Below the pieces are notes generated by a model. The model was given only the letters and a program-made list of their open reading frames with translations. It made no database searches and had not been told where the DNA came from. DNA of 63,639 bases, the filler included, from Octopus bimaculoides (lineage: Eukaryota), in assembly GCF_001194135.2 (NCBI RefSeq). It is 8 parts of 7 records of this genome, joined end to end, with 100 filler letters (N's around TTAATTAATTAA, not from the genome) between each part and the next. Parts side by side here need not be neighbours in the genome. Positions count along the whole stretch, not along the records: positions 33,105 to 39,293 come from NW_026355172.1; positions 39,394 to 44,824 come from NW_026365418.1; positions 44,925 to 54,640 come from NC_068985.1; 5 more parts are not named here. One strand, 5' to 3'. Of the stretch, positions 38,411 to 49,981 are shown piece after piece. Each line of letters begins with the position of its first letter. Position 1 is the stretch's first letter. The translations under genes and the position numbers were made by a program.

Positions 38411-39393
38411 CGGTTCCTTACAAAACATCTACCTATGGTTATTTACTGATACACAAATACACCGGTACAGAAGACTGTAAACAATGAAAGTAGCTGTAAT
38501 CATTTTTTTCGTACCAGAAATCGTAACAGCATGGTTATTTACTGATATACAAATATACCGGTACAGCATTTTTGCTTGACTCTTCAGCCTTTCTAACATT
38601 TTGTTTACGTGTTGGTGTAAACAAATACACCGGTACAGAAGGTATCGTTACAACGGTAAACGCTAGACAAAATGGTTGTCACAATAAAGAATGATAGAGA
38701 TGTGTCGCCGTCGTCGTCGTTGTCGGCGGCGGTGGCAGCGGCGGTGTCGTCAGCGGCGGTGTCGTCATCGGCGGTGTCGTCATCGGCGGTGTCGTCATCG
38801 GCGTCGTCGTAGGGGTATAAATGTCCGTTACTATAGTTAACTATAGAAACATTATTTTCGAGGAAATATATTGTTTCAATCCAAATGAAAATAAAAATTA
38901 CATGTTGACACTCGCGGGGTGTAATACCCTGAAAAATGTGATTTGATTTGGTGGAGCCATTTGAGAATGTATAGAGAACAGACAGACAGACAAAGAATCT
39001 TATATACAGAGAGATAACGATTCATATTCCCGGGTGCCCTTATACGCCTGTGGTTCTTGGGCAAATATATGCTTTCCTAGTCCGAAGTATGTTGGGTAGT
39101 TTGTGGCTGATACTTATTGTCCTAAGGAACCGAATTGCTCTGCGAGTAATTCTACACATGAATCTTTAGAAACTTTTTTGATGGGGTATTACGATGGATA
39201 ATTCTAGGACTTTTAGATAAATATAGTAGATTTGTTGAGCGGGAAGCTACAACATCAGTTGCTAGTATAACGATTATTTATTGTAAGGTAAATNNNNNNN
39301 NNNNNNNNNNNNNNNNNNNNNNNNNNNNNNNNNNNNNTTAATTAATTAANNNNNNNNNNNNNNNNNNNNNNNNNNNNNNNNNNNNNNNNNNNN

Positions 39394-39845
39394 TGAAGGC
39401 ATTGTTGAAAATAGAAATGCAAAGATCCTATGGGATTTTATGAGTCAGTACGACCATGAGATTGAGAATAGGAAGCCGGACATAGTCTTAATTGAGAAAG
39501 AAAACAAACTATGCTGGATCATAGACATAGCACGCCGAGCTGACAACATGGTAGGCGATAAGGAAGAAAGAAAAGTCGAGAGATATGACAGGTTAGCTTG
39601 AGAAGTTAAACAGTTGTGGTCGATGAAAAAGGTAGCAGTAGTACCAATGATTGTCGGAGCTCTGGGAACAGGGAGAAAAAATAGGGGCTGCAATAAGGGT
39701 GGAACACTTGCAAAAAACAGCACTGCTTGGAACCGCTAGAATACTCCGGTAGGCACTCGAAAAATAAGAGGTGTTACCTTAGTTCACTGGTAGTGAACAG
39801 CTGACACTGTAGTACATCTCCAGCGTTAGAAGCTGTGCAAAGGCA
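39394..39845 (+). mobile_element. R4/Dong-type 3' end (third family) with (CAA)n(TAA)n tail
   Basis: EGIVENRNAKILWDF...IENRKPDIVLIEK...WIIDIA...KVERYDRLA*EVKQLW..VVPMIVGALGT, the RLE domain. Confidence 0.9.
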
Positions 39846-39919
39846 ACAGCAACAACAACAACAACAACAGCAACAACAACAACAACAACAACAACAATAA
39901 TAATAATAATAATAATAAT

Positions 39920-40460
39920 TGCCCTGATGCAGTACTAGGCAGTGGCTGTCATGGCTTCTGATCTTAACTGATTGGAAGTGTTATCATGTACATTGATTTG
40001 TATTCGTATAAAAAGCGGGCTACAGCAAATATTTTGCTTGTTACTTGTTTGACCTTAACCAGTCGAGCATGTCCCTTAGTAGCCGAGGATATGTGCATCT
40101 CTGATCACAAGCAGAAGTAGTAGGGGAGCATCATACTTATGTACTGAGAGGAATTCTTTGAGGTTTGAATAATTCACATTTGGAAACATAAGTGTTTCGT
40201 CCAACATCTTTAAACAACCCTTATTCAGGGACCTTTTGAGTGGGATGGGCTATTCAACCTAAAGAAAATTCTAATTGGGTACCACTTGCAATGTCATGCG
40301 CTCTTTATCTTGATACGAGATCGCCATATCGTGCACATATGGTTATGATGGATGTGCCTGGAGTACCCTTATCAGATGGGTAGTCATGATTGGTATTCTG
40401 AGCTTCGTATATTTTACCCCAATGTCACTTTGATGGTATGCACTGTTCTCTCACTCAATA
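39920..40460 (+). mobile_element. ~540-bp non-coding segment bounded by (TAA)n on both sides
   Basis: Starts right after (taa)n and ends ctctcactc-aataataataataa; no ORF recognised. Likely a separate insertion or a Dong UTR. Confidence 0.45.
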
Positions 40461-40471
40461 ATAATAATAAA

Positions 40472-41880
40472 GTGTTCAATATCAGCCATGAAAAGGGGAC
40501 AGGTAGTCAACAGTGAAGCTATACAATTACCAGATGACCAGACATCAAAATCATTAAGAGAAGAATAGAGTTTTAAGTATCTAGGAGTATTAGAATCTGA
40601 CAGAGTTCTAACTATAGAAATGAAAACGAAAATTGAGAAGGAATACATCAGAAGGGTGAGGAAGCTAAAGAAGTCAAAGTTAAATGGTTCGAATCTAGTG
40701 ACGGCTGTAAATACTTGGGCAGTATCATTCCTTAAATACTCAGCAGCTTTTGTAGATTGGACAAAAACTGAATTAGCAAAGTTAGACACAAGAACTACGA
40801 AAAAATTCAACATGAATGGAGGACTCTACCCAAGGGCAAGGGTTACAAGATTATACTTACCTAGAATGGAAGGTGGAAGAGGGATAATATCAGTAGAAGA
40901 CTGCGTTGAGTTAGCTAGAGTAGATATAGACTTCTGTGTAGGTAATAGTGAAGGAAGTTTATTAAGCGCTGTAAGAGTCACCGTAAGACGTAGAGAAACC
41001 AAAACTCCAAACGAAGTTAAAAAAACAGAAAAAAAGAACAGAAATTATCTGATTGGAAGCAGAAGGCTACACATGGCAGAATCCCAAAGATAGTTGCAGA
41101 AAATAGTAGTAGTGAGACATGGTTATGGTTGCAGAAATGAAGGCTGAATAGAGAGACAAAGTTTGCTAGTTGCAGCATATGGTCAAACATTAAGGACGAA
41201 TTGTATAAAAGCCAAAGTAGACAAGACCAAGTAGATTCCCGATGTAGGTTATGCAAATCAAAAGAGGAAAGTGTTAGTCATATAGCAAGTGAATGTAGGA
41301 TGTTGGCACAAAAAGAATACAAGAAAAGACATGACAACCTAGGGAGAGCAATCCACTGGGAGTTATGTAGAAAGCTAGGATTTGAACATACTGATAAATA
41401 GTATGAACATGAACCTAATAAAGTATTAGAAAGTAAGAAATATAAGATGTCGTGTGACTTTAATATTCAGACTGACAGAGCAATAGAAGGTAGACGGCCT
41501 GATTTAGTAGTAATAGACAAAGAAAATAGAAAGTGCCAGATAATTGACTTTACAGTCCCAAATGATGAAAAAAATCAATATGAGAGATATAGAAAACATA
41601 GCAAAGTACCAGGATCTAGCCATTGAATTACAGAAACTATAGAAAGTGCGGGGAAAATGTATTTCAGTAGTTATAGGCGCATGAGGAACCATCTCTAAAG
41701 ATTTGGGCAGATGGATTGAGGAAATAGGCATAAAACTCAGTTTTGTACAGCTGCAGAAAACAGTGTTATTAGGGACAGCTTGAATACTTAGTAGAATTTT
41801 GGGCATGTAAGGTTACTTGTTGTAGCCCGATGTTAGGAATTTTTCTTTCCTAGCAGTCTAATCTGTTGTGTGTATGTGAA
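40472..41880 (+). mobile_element. 5'-truncated R4/Dong-type retrotransposon: RT thumb, CCHC finger, RLE
   Basis: FKYLGVLE; SKLNGSNLVTAVNTWAV; RLYLPRMEGGRG; CRLCKSKEESVSHIASEC; KKRHDNLGRAIHWELC; RRPDLVVIDK; IIDF; QKTVLLGTA. Stops and frameshifts; (TAA)n at both ends. Confidence 0.95.
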
Positions 41881-41884
41881 TAGT

Positions 41885-42113
41885 AATAATAATGATAATA
41901 ATAATAATGGTTTCAATTTTTTGCCACAAGGGCAGCTTGGAGGAGGATATTAAGTCGATTACATCAACCCTAGTGCGTAACTGGTACTTATTTAATCGAA
42001 CCCGAAAGATGAAAGCAAAGTCGACCTCGGTGGAATTTGAACTCAGAACGTTTCGCCAGGCGAAATACCGCTAAGCATTTCACCCGGTGCTCTAGCGAAT
42101 CTGCCCAGCTGCC
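41885..42113 (-). mobile_element. SINE family B with its (ATT)n tail abutting the Dong copy
   Basis: Minus strand ggcagctgggcagattcg...atgcttagcggtatttcg...gttctgagttcaaattccaccgaggtcgactttgc...ttgtggcaaaaaattgaaaccattattatt. Confidence 0.85.
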
Positions 42114-42553
42114 TAGGCTTGATAGCGACTGGACATGTTTGCTGCTTTTACTAGTCAGCAGTCGAAAGCACAAGAGCACTAATACAACCCAGCAGAACAA
42201 CTGAAACATAACTCTCAAAAACTGGAATACCTACAATTTCCTGAGTATTTTAAATTTCCTTCAAAATCAGTTCAAAAGCTTGTATATCTGCAGTTTTCGC
42301 TGACCGAATACACTAACGATCATCTGTAAAATCTTCAAAATTTGCAATTTTCTGTGAATAACCTTTCCTTTCTCCTTGACTACTCGAATACCTTTTATTG
42401 CCACAACACTGTTAAACACACGAGAAAAATGGAGATAAGAAACAGCCAATATATACAAAATGCACGATTATGGAAACTGTAAATAGCAACAAAACCTAAA
42501 GAAGAAAAAGAAAAAAGAAAATTCAACGTTGTATATATCAATATATATGTTAG

Positions 42554-42755
42554 TCTCTTTACTCTCTTTTACTCTTTTGCTTGTTTCAGTCATTTGACTG
42601 CGGCCATGCTGGAGCACCGCCTTTAGTCGAGTAAATCGACCCCCAGCACTTATTCTTTGGAAGCCTAGTACTTATTCTATCGGTTTCTTTTGCCAAACCG
42701 CTACGTTGCTGGGACATAAACACACCAGCATTGGTTGTCAAGCAATGCTATGGGG
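42554..42755 (-). mobile_element. SINE family A tail
   Basis: cttgtttcagtcatttgactgcggccatgctggagcaccgcc...aaacacaccagcattggttgtcaagc. Confidence 0.88.
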
Positions 42756-43206
42756 AAAACACTCTTGTATTGCACTTTCAGTATTTCACTGGACCTTTAA
42801 GGGTCTGCAGTCGGAGACATATTCTCTTCGAACAGTGGCCCTCTATTGTACTGTACCGAAGATAACACCTTTGCTTATCTACAGAAGGCTTTACGATTTG
42901 TCTTAATANNNNNNNNNNNNNNNNNNNNNNNNNNNNNNNNNNNNNNNNNNNNNNNNNNNNNNNNNNNNNNNNNNNNNNNNNNNNNNNNNNNNNNNNNNNN
43001 NNNNNNNNNNNNNNNNNNNNNNNNNNNNNNNNNNNNNNNNNNNNNNNNNNNNNNNNNNNNNNNNNNNNNNNNNNNNNNNNNNNNNNNNNNNNNNNNNNNN
43101 NNNNNNNNNNNNNNNNNNNNNNNNNNNNNNNNNNNNNNNNNNNNNNNNNNNNNNNNNNNNNNNNNNNTTGTCATTAAGTGCTGCGGCTTTATTTCAATAT
43201 ATTGCG

Positions 43207-43238
<32 letters not shown>

Positions 43239-43274
43239 TGTATGTATGTATGTATGTATGTATGTATGTATGTA

Positions 43275-44492
43275 TGTGAGGTTGTCAAGAAATTTCTTCC
43301 GGTTTTTAACCTTTAAATTCAGATGCACATATATCGGCTGAATTAAAACTTAATTAATCGAAAAAAACACCATCAGAATCAACACACTTTTGCCAACGCG
43401 AAACAAGTTTATTTATGCCAGTAGCGTAAAATTCCTTCGTTCTGTTGTCAATGAAGTCGTCGAAGACGTGTTTGGCATCGTCTTGATTTTTTAAGTATTT
43501 CTCACGCAGGAAGTTGTGTAGATGCTTGAAGAAGTGATAGTCGGTAGGCGAGAGGTTTGGTGAGTATGGCGGAAGAGACAACGTATCGTAGCCCAATTCG
43601 TTCAACTACTGCAGGGTCAGTTGTGCGACGTATGGCCGAGCGTTGTCGGGGAGAAGAATGGGTCCTTTCCTATTGATCAATGCTGGCTATTGTTGCCGGA
43701 GTTCCTTATGCGTTTCATCCATTTGCTGACAGTACTTCCCTGCCGTAATGGTTTCGTCTGGATGCAAAAGGCTGTGATGGATGAGACCGACCGTAGACCA
43801 CCAGTCACCATGACCTTCTTTTGGTGTAACTTTGGCATCGTGAAGTGCCATGGAGCTTCGTCGGCGTCCAACCACTGAGTTGAGCATCGCCGGTTGTCCT
43901 AAAGAATCCACTTTTCATCGCAAGTCACAATCCGGTCGAGAAACACATTTCGTGCGGCACACATTTCTGAAGTATTTTTGGTTTTCCAATCTTTTTGAAG
44001 TGGTTGGAAATTATCGTATACGTTACGTCTAATTCAGAAGCTAGTTCCCGAACAGTCGTGCGTGGATTGGTTTTGATTAAAGCTCTTAGTTGTTCGTTGT
44101 GAACATAAGATGGCCGACCACTACGCTTATCATCTTCAAGACTCTCCGCACCGCTACAAAATTTCTTGAGCTAACATTGTTCTGTCCCTTCATTAGTGGT
44201 TCCCGGGCCAAACGCATCGTTGATATCACGAGCTGTTTCAGCAGCTTTTCGGCCTGGCTTGAACTGGAATAATTAATTTGAGAGAATTTGCTTTTTGTCC
44301 ATGTTGTAATTAACCTTTCTGGAAAAAATGGCCTAATTATTCAAAGAGAAAACGTAACACAATTAGACAGAACGAAAAACGGGCTTGAAAGTCATACATA
44401 AAGTCAAACTAATTTAACGAAACTTAATTTGAAAATACATAATTTAAAATCAAAATTTAAAATTCCGCTAGAACTTTCTTGAGAACCTTATA
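43275..44492 (-). mobile_element. Near full-length mariner (cecropia/Hsmar1-like) with both TIRs
   Basis: TIRs aggttgtcaagaaatttcttccgg and ccgctagaactttcttgagaacct; inserted in (TATG)n/TA context. Confidence 0.93.
43354..44302 (-). pseudogene. Mariner DD34D transposase pseudogene
   Basis: MDKKQI..*LFQFKPGRKAAETARDINDAFGPGT...SLEDDKRSGRP; KCVPHE; FLDRIVTCDEKWI; PYSPNLSPTDYHFFKHL...RWQKCVDSDG. Stops, frameshifts and a deletion. Confidence 0.93.
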
Positions 44493-44932
44493 TATTCTAG
44501 TCGCTTAACGCCCGATACAATCTCTACAACTCATCATTTTTGTTTTTGTGTACCACTTGCCAGAAACGTGCTTAATATATAAAATTTGTATGTTTAATAA
44601 CGTTATATTGCTAAAATTTATAGCAGGCTGTGACAGAAAATCAATTACTTACCACACTAACTATACCACTATGCTTATCAAATATTGATTGACAATTAGT
44701 ATAAACATACATATTTTGTTATCGAACTAGTTTTCAATTGCTGTTCAGTGCCTATTCCTCGTAGATGACAAGTTAAAGGCCACTTTGAAGTGTCGTCTTC
44801 CCTCCTTTCACGCAACAAGAACTANNNNNNNNNNNNNNNNNNNNNNNNNNNNNNNNNNNNNNNNNNNNTTAATTAATTAANNNNNNNNNNNNNNNNNNNN
44901 NNNNNNNNNNNNNNNNNNNNNNNNATATATAT

Positions 44933-44989
<57 letters not shown>

Positions 44990-45138
44990 CAGACGTATGA
45001 GTGTATGTATATGTTGGACGACGGGAATGTCACATTTTGGCTGTTCACTTACGTGTGTGTTTGTGTGTGAATGGGCTTATGTGTGTGTGGTGAGTGTGTG
45101 TATGTGTGTGAATGTGTGTGCGGCGCGCTTTCCCGCAG

Positions 45139-45288
45139 CTCGTCTCCATGACCGAACTGCAGTCGTGGATCAAGAAGAGACCGAGGAAGGGCGAATGGCA
45201 CCGCGAGTGTCGCGTTGTTCTCCGGCAACTCCAACAACCCGGGTCAACCTTGAGCGACTGCATCACAACTAATGCATTCTATAGTTGA
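45139..45288 (+). CDS. Candidate exon of unknown product
   Basis: Acceptor-like gcgctttcccgcAG at 45138; CpG-rich; GC3-biased frame LVSMTELQSWIKKRPRKGEWHRECRVVLRQLQQPGSTLSDCITTNAFYS*. Phase and strand not proven; no homolog recognised. Confidence 0.35.
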   Translation, partial: LVSMTELQSWIKKRPRKGEWHRECRVVLRQLQQPGSTLSDCITTNAFYS

Positions 45289-46399
45289 TTAGTGGAGGGA
45301 AGGTACGACGACGATCTCGGGGCGAACCTGGGCGTCNNNNNNNNNNNNNNNNNNNNNNNNNNNNNNNNNNNNNNNNNNNNNNNNNNNNNNNNNNNNNNNN
45401 NNNNNNNNNNNNNNNNNNNNNNNNNNNNNNNNNNNNNNNNNNNNNNNNNNNNNNNNNNNNNNNNNNNNNNNNNNNNNNNNNNNNNNNNNNNNNNNNNNNN
45501 NNNNNNNNNNNNNNNNNNNNNNNNNNNNNNNNNNNNNNNNNNNNNNNNNNNNNNNNNNNNNNNNNNNNNNNNNNNNNNNNNNNNNNNNNNNNNNNNNNNN
45601 NNNNNNNNNNNNNNNNNNNNNNNNNNNNNNNNNNNNNNNNNNNNNNNNNNNNNNNNNNNNNNNNNNNNNNNNNNNNNNNNNNNNNNNNNNNNNNNNNNNN
45701 NNNNNNNNNNNNNNNNNNNNNNNNNNNNNNNNNNNNNNNNNNNNNNNNNNNNNNNNNNNNNNNNNNNNNNNNNNNNNNNNNNNNNNNNNNNNNNNNNNNN
45801 NNNNNNNNNNNNNNNNNNNNNNNNNNNNNNNNNNNNNNNNNNNNNNNNNNNNNNNNNNNNNNNNNNNNNNNNNNNNNNNNNNNNNNNNNNNNNNNNNNNN
45901 NNNNNNNNNNNNNNNNNNNNNNNNNNNNNNNNNNNNNNNNNNNNNNNNNNNNNNNNNNNNNNNNNNNNNNNNNNNNNNNNNNNNNNNNNNNNNNNNNNNN
46001 NNNNNNNNNNNNNNNNNNNNNNNNNNNNNNNNNNNNNNNNNNNNNNNNNNNNNNNNNNNNNNNNNNNNNNNNNNNNNNNNNNNNNNNNNNNNNNNNNNNN
46101 NNNNNNNNNGTTACCGTGGTCTTTTCCGTAGGCTTTTCCTTCCACGGCTAAACCTAAACTGTCCTCCCCACTTTTACACGAGAACATTACTGTGTGATAC
46201 ACGATCCCTATTGATCGGCCTTTCCTTTTTTTTTTTTTTAATTTTTTCGATCCCTTTTGATCGAACTCCCCCTTTTTCCCTTCCTACGATCCCTTTTGAT
46301 CGACACCACCCTTTTTTTTTCCTTCCTTCCCACTCCCAAAAAGAAAAGCTCTACATTGTATTTGTCCCGTCTTCGTTGAGCCCTGTGTGGCTAATAAAA

Positions 46400-46448
46400 G
46401 AAATGTATCTATCTACCTACCTATCTGTCTGTCTGTCTGTCCTTCTGT

Positions 46449-46494
<46 letters not shown>

Positions 46495-46644
46495 GTCCGT
46501 CTGTCTGTCTGTCTGTCTGCCCTTCTGTTTATCTATCTATCTATTTCTACGTTTCTCAATAACTACAGCATGTGCTGGTTAAAACTTATACATCACCCAA
46601 TCTCCAGCGTATTAGTCTCTCTGTCTCTCTCTCTCTCTCTCTCG

Positions 46645-46728
<84 letters not shown>

Positions 46729-47858
46729 ATTTGTCCGTAAATCACGTTTATTCTTTCCTTTGTTTCACAATTGTGTTTTGAGAAAACTTCTGTACATCAT
46801 TTTACATATTTTTTTTTTCCTTCTCCGCATTATTTGTTTATTTGCCTGTCCGTCTGCTCTCTGTCTCTTTCCCTCTCTCTTTCACTTCCTCTTCCCTTCT
46901 CGCACTTCACACCCTTCTCTCGCCCTCTCCCTCTCCCTCTCTTTCAATATGTTACTTAGTACATCTAGTTCCAAACCTTTCTATATATCATCTCTTTACA
47001 CCTATCTGTTTTCACTTCAAACTCTATCAAATTCTCTATGATCTTCCTGCATATTTCATTCTCTATCTTCTCCCCACCACTACTGGCCTTCATTATTTCT
47101 CTCACCCACCCACATACCCACAAACACACAAACTCACACACACACACACACACAAACACACATACACATAATAACTCACCCTTTTACTCACACACACTAT
47201 CACTCCTCTTTCCTCTCTCTCTCTCCTTGACTATGTCTCTATCTCGTCTCATTCAACTTCATCGTAAATCTGTCTCCCTCTTTCTCTCTCTCCTTTCTCT
47301 CCCTCTTTCCCTCCCCTTCTCCCCCTCTCTGTAAGTCTATTTTCACTCACTAATTATCGTTCTCTCTCATTATTTGTCAAACTTTATACTTTACATTCAT
47401 TTAACTTTTCCTTCTTTTACATAGGCTCCTTTTCTCAACTCTATTTCTCTATTTCCCTCTTTCTATCTACCTCTCTCTAACTTTCTATCTTGATATCTCT
47501 CTATCTATCTATATACCTCCCTCTATTTCTCTCTCTCTCTCTCTCTCTCTCTCGCTCTCTATCTATCTATCTATCTATCTTTCTTTATCTCTCTCTCATT
47601 CACCTACCCACCATCTTTTTCTCAGTCTCTCTTATCGATTCACTATCGTCTCCTCTAACACATCTCTTCAATCTATCTGTTACGCTTTCTCTCCACTCCG
47701 GCATCACACATAGACACACACACACACACATACACACACACACACACACATACACACACACACACACACACGTACACTCACACTCACACACACACACGCA
47801 CACAAACATACGTAAGCATGCACACATGCGCGCACATTCACACACACACAGACGCACG
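46400..47858. repeat. Pyrimidine-rich microsatellite field: (CT)n, (ATCT)n, (CA)n
   Basis: Read directly. Confidence 0.9.
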
Positions 47859-48321
47859 NNNNNNNNNNNNNNNNNNNNNNNNNNNNNNNNNNNNNNNNNN
47901 NNNNNNNNNNNNNNNNNNNNNNNNNNNNNNNNNNNNNNNNNNNNNNNNNNNNNNNNNNNNNNNNNNNNNNNNNNNNNNNNNNNNNNNNNNNNNNNNNNNN
48001 NNNNNNNNNNNNNNNNNNNNNNNNNNNNNNNNNNNNNNNNNNNNNNNNNNNNNNNNNNNNNNNNNNNNNNNNNNNNNNNNNNNNNNNNNNNNNNNNNNNN
48101 NNNNNNNNNNNNNNNNNNNNNNNNNNNNNNNNNNNNNNNNNNNNNNNNNNNNNNNNNNNNNNNNNNNNNNNNNNNNNNNNNNNNNNNNNNNNNNNNNNNN
48201 NNNNNNNNNNNNNNNNNNNNNNNNNNNNNNNNNNNNNNNNNNNNNNNNNNNNNNNNNNNNNNNNNNNNNNNNNNNNNNNNNNNNNNNNNNNNNNNNNNNN
48301 NNNNNNNNNNNNNNNNNNNNN

Positions 48322-48378
<57 letters not shown>

Positions 48379-48452
48379 CATCCTCATCATCCTCATCATC
48401 ATTATTATCATCATCATCATCATTATTATTACTATTATTATTATTATTATTA

Positions 48453-48519
<67 letters not shown>

Positions 48520-49087
48520 ATTTATGTTATTTTTGTTGTTATTCTTATTGTAGTTATTGTTATAATTATCAACATTATTGTCGTTATTTTTATTATAAAC
48601 TAAGGAAATGACTCTTATTATCTTTATTAATATTCTTAGTATTATTGTTGTTATTGTTGTTGTTATTATTATTATTATTAATATTATTATTTTTAACGTT
48701 AGTAGTAGTAGTAGTAGTTGTAGCATCATTATTATTACCATCACGATAGCCATTCATCCTCATCATACTCATCATTAGATTAGGTTATTATTAGTTAATT
48801 ATTTTCATCATCACAATCATAGTGATCATAAATTTAATGATCACAATCATCATAATCTTTATAGTCATCATTAAAATCACCACCAACAACGCCCTCATTA
48901 GCCCTTGTACCAACAGACGCCCGATCGACCACCAGCCCCCTGCCCACTCATCACCGTCATCGTTAGATTAGGTTATTATTAGTTAATTATTTTAATCGCC
49001 ATCGTAGTCGTTGTCGTTGTCATAATTATCGCCAAAACGATCATCATCATCATCACCACCACCACCACCACCACCATCATCATCATC

Positions 49088-49124
<37 letters not shown>

Positions 49125-49330
49125 TCGTCTCCAAAACAATAGCTAACAACACCAACACCACCACCAACACCACCAACCCAACCGTTATCATCAACATCAT
49201 CACCACCATCATCATCATCATCATCATAATCATCATCAGCATCATCAGCATCATCAGTATCATCATCATCATCATCACCATCATCATCATCGTCATCATC
49301 GTCATCATCATCATCATCATCATCATCAGT

Positions 49331-49369
<39 letters not shown>

Positions 49370-49664
49370 GTCATCATCATCANNNNNNNNNNNNNNNNNN
49401 NNNNNNNNNNNNNNNNNNNNNNNNNNNNNNNNNNNNNNNNNNNNNNNNNNNNNNNNNNNNNNNNNNNNNNNNNNNNNNNNNNNNNNNNNNNNNNNNNNNN
49501 NNNNNNNNNNNNNNNNNNNNNNNNNNNNNNNNNNNNNNNNNNNATCATCCTCATCATCATCATCATCGTCATCATCATCATTATCATCATCATCATCATC
49601 GTCATCATCATCATCATCATTATCATCATCCTCATCATCATCATTATCATCATCAACATCATCG

Positions 49665-49702
<38 letters not shown>

Positions 49703-49729
49703 GTCATCATCATCATCATCATCATCGTT

Positions 49730-49766
<37 letters not shown>

Positions 49767-49768
49767 GT

Positions 49769-49810
<42 letters not shown>

Positions 49811-49870
49811 GTCATCATCATCAGTATCATCATCATACTCATCACCATCATCATCAATCACCATTATCAT
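48322..49870. repeat. Long degenerate (ATT)n and (CAT)n trinucleotide arrays
   Basis: Read directly; source of the poly-D/M/I/L pseudo-ORFs. Confidence 0.95.
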
Positions 49871-49945
49871 CAACTGGTGTAGCGTCGTCATTATTCTCTT
49901 CTCTTTACCCACCTTCTTAGTTAATGAATTTTTCAATTATATCTA

Positions 49946-49981
<36 letters not shown>

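Larger units (their letters stand above)
36920..39015. mobile_element. Composite host element around the foldback; possibly Helentron/DINE-like non-autonomous element
   Basis: CpG-richer flanks, internal tandem repeats (38440-38640; 15-bp unit 38739-38800), 16-bp palindrome 38831-38846 and a cagacagacagac...tatatacag end. Boundaries uncertain. Confidence 0.35.

Noticed and set aside
47490-49936. Poly-D, poly-M, poly-L, poly-I and HT-repeat ORFs
   Set aside because: Translations of trinucleotide and dinucleotide microsatellites.
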